DNA of 64,000 nucleotides from Candidatus Latescibacterota bacterium (GTDB taxonomy: Bacteria > Latescibacterota > UBA2968), in contig OZ244960.1 of assembly GCA_965222605.1 (NCBI GenBank), positions 5,152,001 through 5,216,000 on the forward strand. The letters run 5' to 3'. The position numbers and the translations under genes were made by a program. Below the pieces are notes generated by a model. That model saw nothing but the letters and a program-made list of their open reading frames with translations, did no database searches and was not told where the DNA came from. Shown in pieces: positions 49,629-59,157 of the stretch (positions within the stretch are counted from its first letter, which is position 1; every line of letters starts with the position of its first letter).

Positions 49629-50783
49629 TTATGGATAAACCACATATTGAGATAGGGCATCTTCGTCCATCTCAATTCCCAGCCCCGACCCCTCAGGCAG
49701 GAGGAAATGGCCCTCCTCACACACGATGGGCCGTTTCAAAAACTGGTTGGAAAGACCGAGCATCAGCGGTTGATACTCCTGGAAAACCAAATTTGGAATG
49801 GCCAATGCTACGTGGATTGAAGCCGCGATACTGGGTGGTAGGCAGACCCCTGCATGCAGCGCAATGGGGATATTGAACGTCTCGGCCAGATCGGCAATTT
49901 TCCTTGTCTCTGTAATTCCGCAACGCCCCACATCGGGCTGTGCGATATCCAGCCCCCGCGCCTGAAACCAGTTGAGAAATTGGTACCGCGTTGTCTCGGT
50001 CTCTCCGGCCGCAACGAACATATCCAGTTCCCGGGCAATCTCCGCGTGGCCCTCGATATCCTCCGGACTGGTCGGCGTTTCAAACCAGAATACTCCCAGA
50101 CGCTCCAGGTGCCGTCCCAATTGCAGAGCCGTCGGTGTGTCATAATTCCACAGTGCATCCACCATCAGCCGGACATTCGGCCCCACCGCATCTCGAATTC
50201 CCTCGACGTGCCTCAAATCTCTTTCTATTCCGAAGCCCAAAAACATCTTGAGCGCCCGGAAACCCTCCGATATATGCCCGCATGCCGTCTCCGCCATTTC
50301 CTCAATCGAGTTTCCCCGCACTCCCGAGACATAAACCGGCACTCGATCCCGGAAAGCCCCGCCCAGAAGCTCCACCACCGGCGCATCCAGCTTCTGCCCC
50401 TGGATGTCCCACAGGGCCGAATCTACCGCCGCAAGGCCGTGTACCATAAAACCGGAGTAGTGTCCCCGCAGGTTCATCGCGTGATACATCTCGTGTTTCA
50501 ATACCCCCCATTCAGCCGGGTCTCTTCCGATCAGAATCGGCCTTAGCACTTTGTCGATCACCATCGCCGTCACCTCCGGACCGATCGGTGCCTGTCCCTC
50601 TCCCCATCCCGTAATACCACCGTCGGTCTCTACTTTGACCACCGTCGTCTCGATCTGGCGGGAATAGAGCCCGCGCCATCCCGGCTGCACATCGTAGACT
50701 CGCTCTTTTTCCACTCCCTTTCCGCCAAAGGTATCTTCCTGGGGAATTTTAATCGCCATCGGCTTGATATCGGTAATTTTCAT
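49629..50783 (-). CDS. Mandelate racemase/muconate lactonizing enzyme family dehydratase
   Basis: Motifs ETDGGITGWGE, VDSALWD, LMVDA, WFETP, AAGE, QPDVGRCG, GLGIE. Confidence 0.92.
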   Translation of the reverse strand: MKITDIKPMAIKIPQEDTFGGKGVEKERVYDVQPGWRGLYSRQIETTVVKVETDGGITGWGEGQAPIGPEVTAMVIDKVLRPILIGRDPAEWGVLKHEMYHAMNLRGHYSGFMVHGLAAVDSALWDIQGQKLDAPVVELLGGAFRDRVPVYVSGVRGNSIEEMAETACGHISEGFRALKMFLGFGIERDLRHVEGIRDAVGPNVRLMVDALWNYDTPTALQLGRHLERLGVFWFETPTSPEDIEGHAEIARELDMFVAAGETETTRYQFLNWFQARGLDIAQPDVGRCGITETRKIADLAETFNIPIALHAGVCLPPSIAASIHVALAIPNLVFQEYQPLMLGLSNQFLKRPIVCEEGHFLLPEGSGLGIEMDEDALSQYVVYP

Positions 50784-50794
50784 CTTTTTATCCC

Positions 50795-52516
50795 TTATGG
50801 GCCTGCCTGTTCAGTCACTGTCCAAACCCGATTAACAGATATATCCGTCAGCACCTGCACCGTTCCGCTGGGCCACCGAATCATCAGAGTATCCACCGTT
50901 GAACGACTACCCAACCCGAAGTGAACCCGGAGATCGTTCTGGGAGAGATAGCTCGATCCGCTCCGCACCTCCTTCACCTGTCTCAGCCTCCCAGAGACCA
51001 CCTTTACCCTGGCACCGATTCCATCCCGGTTGCTCACCGTCCCCACCGTCCGAACTGTCAGATAGTTGTTCCGGTTTCCCCCGTCGTTGCGCAGTAGGTC
51101 TGCCCGCTCGTTGGAGTTGAGGACAAAAAGATCGACATCTCCGTCGTTGTCATAATCCCCGAACGCCGTTCCCCGACTGGCCTTCACAAGGCGCATCCCA
51201 TCCCCGGATTTCAAGGAAGCGTCGGCGAACGTCCCATCCCCGTTATTGTGAAAAAGGAGATTGCGCTGTGGATAAGAGGTTGACCCGTCCAGCCTTTCGA
51301 TGTTGTCCTGCACATGACCGTTGGCCGCGAAAAGGTCGCTGTGTCCGTCGTTGTTATAGTCGAAAAAACCGACTCCCCATCCCAGATAAGGCCGGGTGAC
51401 CCTGCCCGTACCGGAGGCAAACGACACATCGGTGAATGTCCCGTCCCCGTTGTTCCGATAGAGGGTATAAGTCTCATGCTGGAAATTGGTCACAATCAGA
51501 TCCATCCACCCGTCGTTGTCGTAATCGCCAGCATCCACGCCCATGCCTCCCTCCTCTTGACCGTTCTCGTTGTAACTGACCCCGGAGATCAATCCCACGT
51601 CGGTGAATGTCCCGTCCCCGTTGTTCCGATAGAGAAAATTCCCGACCATATCGTTGGCCACATACAGATCGGGATCCCCATCGTCGTCGTAGTCTGTGAC
51701 GACTACACCCAGACTTTTCCCTTCGGAATTGGCTATACCCGCCGCATCGGCTACATCGGTGAATGTCCCATCTCCATTGTTCCGATAGAGCCGGTCGGGC
51801 GCACCATTGAAGTTGTGCGGATGGGGATATGTCTTCAGATCCGAGGCACGGGCGGCACCGTGGTAATCGACGATATAGGGGATCAGATCAATTCGTGGAT
51901 CATCCAGAGAGTAATCGAGGTAGTTGGCCACGTAGAGGTCCAGATCCCCGTCATTATCGCAGTCCAGAAACGCACATCCTGCTCCCCAGTAGCTGTCGCC
52001 CACGGCGGCGCGCTCCGTCACATCGGTGAATGTCCCATCCCCATTGTTCCGATAGAGGAGGTTGGGGCCGTAGTTGGTCACATAGAGGTCCAGATCCCCG
52101 TCGTTGTCGTAGTCGCCTGTAGCGCATCCCGTTCCGTATCCCGTGTCGCCCACGGCGGCGCGCTCCGTCACATCGGTGAATGTCCCATCCCCATTATTCC
52201 GATAAAGCCTGTTCGTCGGCGTCTCATTTCCTACAAACTCCGGAAGCGGAGCGCCGTTAACGGCATACAGGTCCAGGTCACCGTCGCCATCGTAGTCAAA
52301 AAAGGCGCAGCCTGCCCCCATCGTCTCCACAAAGTACTTTTGCCCGCTCCCTCCGTGGACATGGCGGAATCCGACACCCGCCTGAACCGTGATATCCACA
52401 AATCGAACGCCCTGTGCATCGCCTGGATCCCGTTTTGGACCACAAGTCAGGCCAAATAACGCGACAAGAATCATGAAACGGGCTGTCCACGTTCGCGCTG
52501 AGTGAAACCGGAACAT
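50795..52516 (-). CDS. CRTAC1 family protein (FG-GAP repeats + ASPIC/UnbV), probable lipoprotein
   Basis: Lipobox-like GLTC; repeated DYDNDGDLDLYV / LYRNNGDGTFTDV; C-terminal NRDGIGARV...SGSSYLSQ...HFGLG...IRWPSG. Confidence 0.93.
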   Translation of the reverse strand: MFRFHSARTWTARFMILVALFGLTCGPKRDPGDAQGVRFVDITVQAGVGFRHVHGGSGQKYFVETMGAGCAFFDYDGDGDLDLYAVNGAPLPEFVGNETPTNRLYRNNGDGTFTDVTERAAVGDTGYGTGCATGDYDNDGDLDLYVTNYGPNLLYRNNGDGTFTDVTERAAVGDSYWGAGCAFLDCDNDGDLDLYVANYLDYSLDDPRIDLIPYIVDYHGAARASDLKTYPHPHNFNGAPDRLYRNNGDGTFTDVADAAGIANSEGKSLGVVVTDYDDDGDPDLYVANDMVGNFLYRNNGDGTFTDVGLISGVSYNENGQEEGGMGVDAGDYDNDGWMDLIVTNFQHETYTLYRNNGDGTFTDVSFASGTGRVTRPYLGWGVGFFDYNNDGHSDLFAANGHVQDNIERLDGSTSYPQRNLLFHNNGDGTFADASLKSGDGMRLVKASRGTAFGDYDNDGDVDLFVLNSNERADLLRNDGGNRNNYLTVRTVGTVSNRDGIGARVKVVSGRLRQVKEVRSGSSYLSQNDLRVHFGLGSRSTVDTLMIRWPSGTVQVLTDISVNRVWTVTEQAGP

Positions 52517-52572
52517 CCTGAACGATCCTTTCTATCCACCTTACAGGTCTCAACCCGACCGTAACGCCACCT

Positions 52573-53916
52573 TTAGGGAGCTTTGCGTGCGATCTCTTCT
52601 GCCTCTTCCAAATTTCTCTTCGTTTGGAGATCGGCCGGATCGATTGCAAGTGCCGTCTTCCAGGCCGCCACTGCTTCCTGCAATCGCCCCTGCGCTGCAT
52701 AGATGACCCCGAGGTTGTTATGGGCCTTCAACAGATAAGGATCCAGCGCAATCGCCCTTTGATATTCGGCCATCGCCTTATCCAGCACACCCTGCTGCTG
52801 ATGTACCGCACCCAACTCAACGTGCGCTGGCGCAAACTCGGAGTCCAGCCCGATCGCTTTCTGAAACGCCGTTTCGGCCTCCCGATACATGTCCTGCTGT
52901 GCATAGACCAAGCCCAGATTGTGATGTGCATCTACCGAAACGGAGTCCAGCCCGATCGCCCTTTGAAACGCCGTTTCGGCCTCCCGATACATGTCCTGCT
53001 GTGCATAGACCAAGCCCAGATTGTGATGTGCATCTACCGAAACGGAGTCCAGCGCAATCGCCCTTTGAAACGCCCTGGCAGCCCGCTCAAGCTTTTCGTA
53101 GCGTGCGTGGATCACTCCCAACTCAACATAAACAGAGGGATCATTGGGACTTTGTCGAAGAACGGTTTCTACCTGTTCCACCTCTTCCATATACGCATAC
53201 AGCCGTTTGAATATCTCCAACTCCCGCTCTCCCTCGTCGGTTTTTCCCTGTCTCATGTAGGCCATACCCAAACCATAGTGGGACTTCGCGTGTTCCGGAT
53301 CGATCTCCAGAGTCCGTTCGTACGCCTGAATAGACTCCGGATACTTGCGCTGTTTTGAGTAAGCGTTTCCCAGCGCGTAGTGGGCATCTCGATAGTCGGG
53401 ATCGCGCTGTATCGCCTTCTTATATTCCGCTATGGCCTGGGCATACTCCTTTCCCTCCATGTAGATTTCCCCCAGATTGTAATATACCTGGGTCAGATCC
53501 GGGTTGATCGCGACCGTCTTTTCATAAGCTCGAATCGCCTCTGTGTACTCGCCCTGCTGTGCAAGAACCCGGCCGAGGTTATAGTAGGTTTCCACAAAAT
53601 CTGGCCGCAGAACGATCACCTTACGGAAGGCCTCCACCGCCTCATCGTATTTGCCATGAGATGTGTAAATAAGGCCCAAACCAAAGTAGGGCATCGGGGA
53701 GTCCGGGTCCAATTCGACTGCCTTTTGGAAGACCTCCATTGCCTTGCCGCGTTCGCCCCGGTTTAAGTGACTCATCCCTAAATGGTATCTTATTTCCCCT
53801 CTGGACATGCCCGTCTCCCTTTCAGGATACGGCCAGAAGTAGATGATAAATCCGATTAACAGGAGGAGTACAGCATATATCCAACCTCTTTTCCATTTTT
53901 TTAAGCTGGCATTCAC
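52573..53916 (-). CDS. Tetratricopeptide repeat protein with N-terminal TM anchor
   Basis: About 11 canonical 34-aa TPRs (e.g. YYNLG...A...YEKA.A..P); N-terminal hydrophobic helix. Confidence 0.95.
   Translation of the reverse strand: MNASLKKWKRGWIYAVLLLLIGFIIYFWPYPERETGMSRGEIRYHLGMSHLNRGERGKAMEVFQKAVELDPDSPMPYFGLGLIYTSHGKYDEAVEAFRKVIVLRPDFVETYYNLGRVLAQQGEYTEAIRAYEKTVAINPDLTQVYYNLGEIYMEGKEYAQAIAEYKKAIQRDPDYRDAHYALGNAYSKQRKYPESIQAYERTLEIDPEHAKSHYGLGMAYMRQGKTDEGERELEIFKRLYAYMEEVEQVETVLRQSPNDPSVYVELGVIHARYEKLERAARAFQRAIALDSVSVDAHHNLGLVYAQQDMYREAETAFQRAIGLDSVSVDAHHNLGLVYAQQDMYREAETAFQKAIGLDSEFAPAHVELGAVHQQQGVLDKAMAEYQRAIALDPYLLKAHNNLGVIYAAQGRLQEAVAAWKTALAIDPADLQTKRNLEEAEEIARKAP
52839..53074. repeat. 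Near-exact 102-bp tandem duplication (one TPR unit) inside the TPR gene
   Basis: 52862-52972 versus 52964-53074 differ at 2 positions; encodes SVSVDAHHNLGLVYAQQDMYREAETAFQ twice. Confidence 0.95.
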
Positions 53917-56201
53917 AATTCCTCTCCTTCCGTCACCGTGAGGACCTGATTCACCTGGAGATTCTCAAATCGTTGAACCACACCGCTCGGCCATCGAATC
54001 TCCAGAAGGTCCACGCGCTTGTTGGATCCCAACCCGAACTCCAACGGAAGGCTATTCGTGGATCCGAAGCCGCATCCTCCGCTGACCTCTGAGTACAATA
54101 ACAGCGAACCCGCACGCACGGTCACCGCCGCCCCGATCCCATCCCGGTTGCTCCGAGTTCCAACCGTTTTAACCACCAGCCAGGCGTTGGAATTCCCTTC
54201 GTTGCGATATAAGCGATTCACCCATTGATCCCCTATGAATGCCCCTCCAACGGGGACGTAAATATCCAAATCACCGTCACTATCATAATCTGCAAAGGTC
54301 ACACCATGCCCCTTTCCGACCTGTTCGACGATGGCGGTAGATGCGGTCACATCGGTGAAGGTTCCATCCCCGTTGTTGTGGTAAAGAGCATCGGGTTCTA
54401 ACCGCCCCATCTCCGGGCCCCCGTTGGCCAGGTAGAGGTCCTGATATCCATCCTGGTCAATATCGCCAAAGTTGGCTCCCATTGACCCGAAGGCCTTGTT
54501 CAGCCCCGCCTGGATGGTCACATCGGTGAAGGTTCCATCCCCGTTGTTGCGGTAAAGCACGGGCGTGCTATAATAGGCGTCCGGGCCAGTTTCTCCGTCA
54601 ACCTGACTCTGGATATAATCGGTGAAATCGGCCATAGATGAAAAGAAAAGATCGAGATCTGCATCGTTGTCATAGTCCAAAAAGAACGTCACAAACCCCT
54701 TCCGCCTTGAGGCGACTCCAGCTCGCTCGCTCACATCTGTAAATGTACCATCTCCATTGTTGTGATAAAGGACATTGGGCTCCGTATGATTGACGACATA
54801 CAGGTCCAGATAGCCATCTTTATCGTAATCTCCAAAGGCTGTCCCGATAGCCGATCTGGTGTCTGCAACACCTGCTTGAGCGGCAACATTGGTGAAACTG
54901 CCGTCGCCATTGTTGTGATAGAGCACGTTGGGTGACGCATCCCCGACCACACCGTTGGCAATGTAAAGGTCGAGAGCTCCATCATTGTTGTAGTCCCCCC
55001 AGGCAGCGCCAAAGCCCGACCCGGAATCTCCTGCGCCAGCACTCGCCGTCACATCGTCAAAGGTGCCATCCCCATTGTTCCGGTAGAGCGAATTCGGCTT
55101 CTTGCCAAACCAGCCGTCCCGGGTTACGTAGAGATCCAGGTCCCCGTCATTGTCGTAGTCGGCAAACAGAGACGCGAAACCTCCCGGCATATCGGCCAAT
55201 CCCGCACGAGCGGCCACGTCGGTAAAGCTACCGTCCCCGTTGTTCCGGTAAAGGACCTGAGGCGAATAATGTCCCAGGGCAAAAATATCCTGGTCTCCAT
55301 CGTTGTCATAGTCTCCCCAGGCACTGCCTCGTCCGCCGTCCACCTTTGCAACCCCGACCTGGGCAGCAACGTCGGTGAACCGGACGGGGGGATTGCCGAT
55401 ATCCTCGTGGAAAAGACTGAGTCTGTATCTCTCCTCCAAATCCTCTGGATATCCGCCTTCCCGATCGTAGGCGAGTTTAAGGGCCCATTTGGACTCCAGG
55501 CTACCCGGCCTGGTTTTAAGGGCTTCTTTCAAAGCGGGAATGGCCTTGCGGTAATTCTGGCTTCGGAGATAGGCAACCCCGAGTTGATATTGGGCTTCAA
55601 AATGCTGGGGATAATGCAGGATAATTGATGCGAAGCGCTCTGCAGCTTCAGAAAATTGACCGAGTCTGAGTTCGACGATACCCAGCTGAAAGGAAGCGCC
55701 CACATGATCGGGATTCACCTCCAGCACCTTCTCAAACTGCCTCTTGGCCTCCTCCAGGTTGGGAAGCATCCCTCCCGCGATCCCCAGAAGGTAGCCGACC
55801 TTCATCCGTGCATCCGCAGGGATACCGTCTGGATCGGTCAAAAGCACCTGCTGGATCTCCTGTCGGGAGTCGAAGAACCGCCCCTCAGTCGCCAGAACCT
55901 CCGCAAGCACCAAACGGGCTTCGACCCGGTCCGGCTCGATCTCGAGCGCCTGGTGGAGCACATCGGCCGCTCGCCCCAACATCTGCTGCCTCAGATAGAT
56001 CTCTCCCAGTTGCACACGGGCATCGTAGTGGGAAGAGTCGATCTCCAGACAGCGACGAAATGCCTGGATCGCCTGATTGTACCGGCTCTGATCCATAGAT
56101 TCGACCCCGCGCCGATAATGTGCCTCGATCTCCTCCTGGTCCGAAGTTAGGGCCCAGACCGGAACCGCGATCAGCAACAACAAGAAAACCCGCATTTCCA
56201 T
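53913..56201 (-). CDS. Secreted TPR + CRTAC1 (FG-GAP/ASPIC-UnbV) fusion protein
   Basis: Signal peptide, about 6 TPRs, FG-GAP repeats, GKGHGV, C-terminal NRDGIGA...GCGFGS...EFGLG...IRWPSG. Confidence 0.93.
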   Translation of the reverse strand: MEMRVFLLLLIAVPVWALTSDQEEIEAHYRRGVESMDQSRYNQAIQAFRRCLEIDSSHYDARVQLGEIYLRQQMLGRAADVLHQALEIEPDRVEARLVLAEVLATEGRFFDSRQEIQQVLLTDPDGIPADARMKVGYLLGIAGGMLPNLEEAKRQFEKVLEVNPDHVGASFQLGIVELRLGQFSEAAERFASIILHYPQHFEAQYQLGVAYLRSQNYRKAIPALKEALKTRPGSLESKWALKLAYDREGGYPEDLEERYRLSLFHEDIGNPPVRFTDVAAQVGVAKVDGGRGSAWGDYDNDGDQDIFALGHYSPQVLYRNNGDGSFTDVAARAGLADMPGGFASLFADYDNDGDLDLYVTRDGWFGKKPNSLYRNNGDGTFDDVTASAGAGDSGSGFGAAWGDYNNDGALDLYIANGVVGDASPNVLYHNNGDGSFTNVAAQAGVADTRSAIGTAFGDYDKDGYLDLYVVNHTEPNVLYHNNGDGTFTDVSERAGVASRRKGFVTFFLDYDNDADLDLFFSSMADFTDYIQSQVDGETGPDAYYSTPVLYRNNGDGTFTDVTIQAGLNKAFGSMGANFGDIDQDGYQDLYLANGGPEMGRLEPDALYHNNGDGTFTDVTASTAIVEQVGKGHGVTFADYDSDGDLDIYVPVGGAFIGDQWVNRLYRNEGNSNAWLVVKTVGTRSNRDGIGAAVTVRAGSLLLYSEVSGGCGFGSTNSLPLEFGLGSNKRVDLLEIRWPSGVVQRFENLQVNQVLTVTEGEEL

Positions 56202-56231
56202 CCTCCATCTCTATTCAGGTTGAAACAGGGT

Positions 56232-57359
56232 TCAGCTATCCCATCCGTTCGAAATCAGGGCCGCTCCCGTCTCCTTGTCGAAAAAGTGCATCTCGGCCAG
56301 ATCGAACGCCAGGTGAACCGGTTCACCGACTGCCGGAATCCAATCCGTATAGATGCGGGCGACAAACCGCGTATCTTCCGCCCTCAGGTAGAGATAGGTC
56401 TCGTTTCCCATCGGTTCTACCACCTCAACGCTGGCGCGGACCTCCTCTCGTTCCCGGGGCCCGTAGGGTGCAGACGCCTCGACGATATGTTCCGGCCGGA
56501 TGCCCAGTACCAGATCCCGGCCGATGTAGGCTTGCAGGCAACTGGCACATCGCTCTGGAATGGGGAAGCAGATGGCACCGCTGGAAAAGGCCACTCCTTC
56601 GTTTCGGATCAGTCTGCCCTCCAGAAAATTCATCGACGGGCTGCCGATAAAACCGGCCACAAACCGGTTGACCGGATGCCGGTAGAGATCGATCGGAGAA
56701 CCAATCTGCTGGATCCGGCCCTCTCGCATCGCTACAATCCGCTCTCCCATCGTCATCGCCTCGACCTGATCGTGGGTGACATAGATCATCGTCGCCTCCA
56801 GATGCATATGCAGCTTGCTGATCTCTGTGCGCATCTGGACGCGCAGCCTGGCATCCAGGTTCGACAGCGGCTCGTCGAACAGGAAGACCTTCGGTTTCCG
56901 AACGATAGCCCGCCCCACCGCCACGCGCTGTCGCTGTCCACCCGACAGCGCCTTTGGCTTCCGGTCAAGCAGGTCGCCGATCCCCAGAATATCTGCCGTC
57001 TCCCGTACCCGGGCGTCGATCTCCTCCTTCCGGTATTTCCGCAGCTTCAATCCGAAGGCCATATTCTGGTAAACGGTCATGTGGGGGTAGAGGGCGTAAT
57101 TCTGGAAGACCATGGCAATATCCCGATCTTTGGGCAGGAGGTCATTTGCCAGGATCCCCCCGATATAGATCTCTCCTCTGGTCACCTCCTCCAGGCCGGC
57201 GATCATCCGGAGGATCGTCGACTTCCCGCACCCGGACGGACCCACCAGGACCACAAGCTCTCCATCTTCCACCTGGAGATCGACATCCTCCACCGCCACC
57301 ACCGCTTTGTCGAACACCTTTCGCACACGCTTCAGAGTCACGCTCGCCATCGCTGCCAC
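56232..57359 (-). CDS. Sugar ABC transporter ATP-binding protein (MalK/UgpC family)
   Basis: Motifs GPSGCGKST, VFQNYALYPHM, LSGGQRQR, FDEPLSNLDA, YVTHDQ, GIRPE. Confidence 0.96.
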   Translation of the reverse strand: MAAMASVTLKRVRKVFDKAVVAVEDVDLQVEDGELVVLVGPSGCGKSTILRMIAGLEEVTRGEIYIGGILANDLLPKDRDIAMVFQNYALYPHMTVYQNMAFGLKLRKYRKEEIDARVRETADILGIGDLLDRKPKALSGGQRQRVAVGRAIVRKPKVFLFDEPLSNLDARLRVQMRTEISKLHMHLEATMIYVTHDQVEAMTMGERIVAMREGRIQQIGSPIDLYRHPVNRFVAGFIGSPSMNFLEGRLIRNEGVAFSSGAICFPIPERCASCLQAYIGRDLVLGIRPEHIVEASAPYGPREREEVRASVEVVEPMGNETYLYLRAEDTRFVARIYTDWIPAVGEPVHLAFDLAEMHFFDKETGAALISNGWDS

Positions 57360-57423
57360 TCATTCCTCTCTTTTCGCTGCCACGCATCTCTCTCCTGAGT
57401 TCCCGTCCGCCATCCGCTGGCTG

Positions 57424-58263
57424 TCACTCACCTTTGAGCGAACCGACCATCAGGCCGGAAACAAAATAGCGTAGCCCACTGAGGTACAAAAGAAGCATCG
57501 GAAAAACGGCCACGAGCAATCCTGCCATCGTCACCGGCACATTGACGCCGAATCGATCCCGAAAAACAGTGACCCCTACCATAAGCGTGCGCATATCGTC
57601 GGCCTGCAGGAGCACCAGGGAGATGAGCAACTCATTCCAGACCCACAGCGCGTTGACGACGGCCAGGGTGGCGATCGCCGGAAGGGACAGCGGCAGTACG
57701 AATTTGCGCAACATCAACCCGTGCGAACACCCATCGATCAGGGCTGCGTCGAAGATCCCCTGGGGCAGCCGGCTGAAGAAGCCAGTTAAAAAAAACGTGG
57801 TATAGGGCAACATAAACCCGCAATACACCGCAATGGCCGCCGGATAGGTGTTCACCAGGCCGATCTTTACCATAAAGACAAATAGCGGCACGATCATGGC
57901 GACGACCGGAACGGCCATCAGCGCCGAGGTCAGCCGGAAGAGCACGTGCCGGCCCGTGAAAGGGATCCGGGCGAAGGCGTAAGCTGCAAAGCACGAGATA
58001 CCGAGCGTCAAACCGACCGACGTGATTGTGAGAACGGCGCTGTTCAAAATCCACCGCGCAAACTTCGACTGGCCAAAGACAACGGCAAAATTGTTCAGCA
58101 CAGGCGAAGAGGGCAATCCCACCGGATCCTGGAAAAACGCCATCTGCTCTTTAAGAGCAGAAACCACCATAAAGTAGAGGGGTACGAGGGCCACGATGCA
58201 CAGCCCGAGCAGAACAAAGTGGCACACGGCCGACCGAACAAATCTTTGGACCATCGCGAGCAT
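57424..58263 (-). CDS. Carbohydrate ABC transporter permease (MalG-like)
   Basis: Motifs ILNSAV, AAYAFAR, EAA-like loop DAALIDG, WNE. Confidence 0.93.
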   Translation of the reverse strand: MLAMVQRFVRSAVCHFVLLGLCIVALVPLYFMVVSALKEQMAFFQDPVGLPSSPVLNNFAVVFGQSKFARWILNSAVLTITSVGLTLGISCFAAYAFARIPFTGRHVLFRLTSALMAVPVVAMIVPLFVFMVKIGLVNTYPAAIAVYCGFMLPYTTFFLTGFFSRLPQGIFDAALIDGCSHGLMLRKFVLPLSLPAIATLAVVNALWVWNELLISLVLLQADDMRTLMVGVTVFRDRFGVNVPVTMAGLLVAVFPMLLLYLSGLRYFVSGLMVGSLKGE

Positions 58264-58266
58264 CCT

Positions 58267-59154
58267 CTACTCGAAGATTTCCACCCGGCGCAGCAGGCTG
58301 AAAAGGCCGGACAGGCCCACAGCGACGAGCAACACCACGACAAACGAACAGGCGGAGGCAACGCCGATCTCGTCGTAGCTGAAAGCCCGCTGGTAGATAT
58401 AAAATTCACTCACGTAGGTGGTGAAGCCGGGCCCGCCCCGGGTCAATACAAAGATATAATTGAATACCCAGCTGAACAGCTGAACCATCATAACGCTCGC
58501 GTAAAACAGAATCACTGTACTCAGCTGCGGAACCGTAACGTAATAAAGCGTCTGCCACCAGCCAGCCCCATCGATACGCGCACTCTCGTAGAGTTCGCCC
58601 GGAACCTGCATCAGGCGGGCCAGAAAAAGGACGATGCCCAACCCCAATTCCCGCCAGACGATCACACCCCCTACGGTAAAAAAAGCAAGCTGTGGGTCTC
58701 CCAGCCAATCCTGGCGCAGTCCGTCCAGGCCGGCGACAGCAAGGACCCTGTTGACCAGACCGCGGTACTGAAGGATGTAACCAAACGCGATGCCGGTAAC
58801 CACAATCGGTATCATGTACGGGAGAAAAATGAAAAATCTGTACACCTGCCAGCCCCTGAGCCGCTCGTACAGAAGGGACGCAAAAACCAGAGACAGAACA
58901 ACGAGAATCGGTATCAGAAAGAACAACCCAACATTGTTCCACAACGCCTGCCAGAAGATCGGATCGTCCAGCAAGCGCCAGTAGTTGTCCAGCGCGGTCC
59001 ACACACCGGTCCCTCTATGACGCAGGCTGAATTCGATAACCTTCGCCATAGGGTATGCATACACGAAGGCGAGAACGGCAAGGGCGGGAACGAGAAAGGT
59101 GTACCCCGCACGATTTGCCCACTGTATCATCACACACTGTCTCCTGGCCTGCAT
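58267..59154 (-). CDS. Carbohydrate ABC transporter permease (MalF-like)
   Basis: Motifs FLVPAL, FLPYMIP, WLGDP, ELYESARIDGA, LTRGGPG. Confidence 0.93.
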   Translation of the reverse strand: MQARRQCVMIQWANRAGYTFLVPALAVLAFVYAYPMAKVIEFSLRHRGTGVWTALDNYWRLLDDPIFWQALWNNVGLFFLIPILVVLSLVFASLLYERLRGWQVYRFFIFLPYMIPIVVTGIAFGYILQYRGLVNRVLAVAGLDGLRQDWLGDPQLAFFTVGGVIVWRELGLGIVLFLARLMQVPGELYESARIDGAGWWQTLYYVTVPQLSTVILFYASVMMVQLFSWVFNYIFVLTRGGPGFTTYVSEFYIYQRAFSYDEIGVASACSFVVVLLVAVGLSGLFSLLRRVEIFE

Positions 59155-59157
59155 ACG

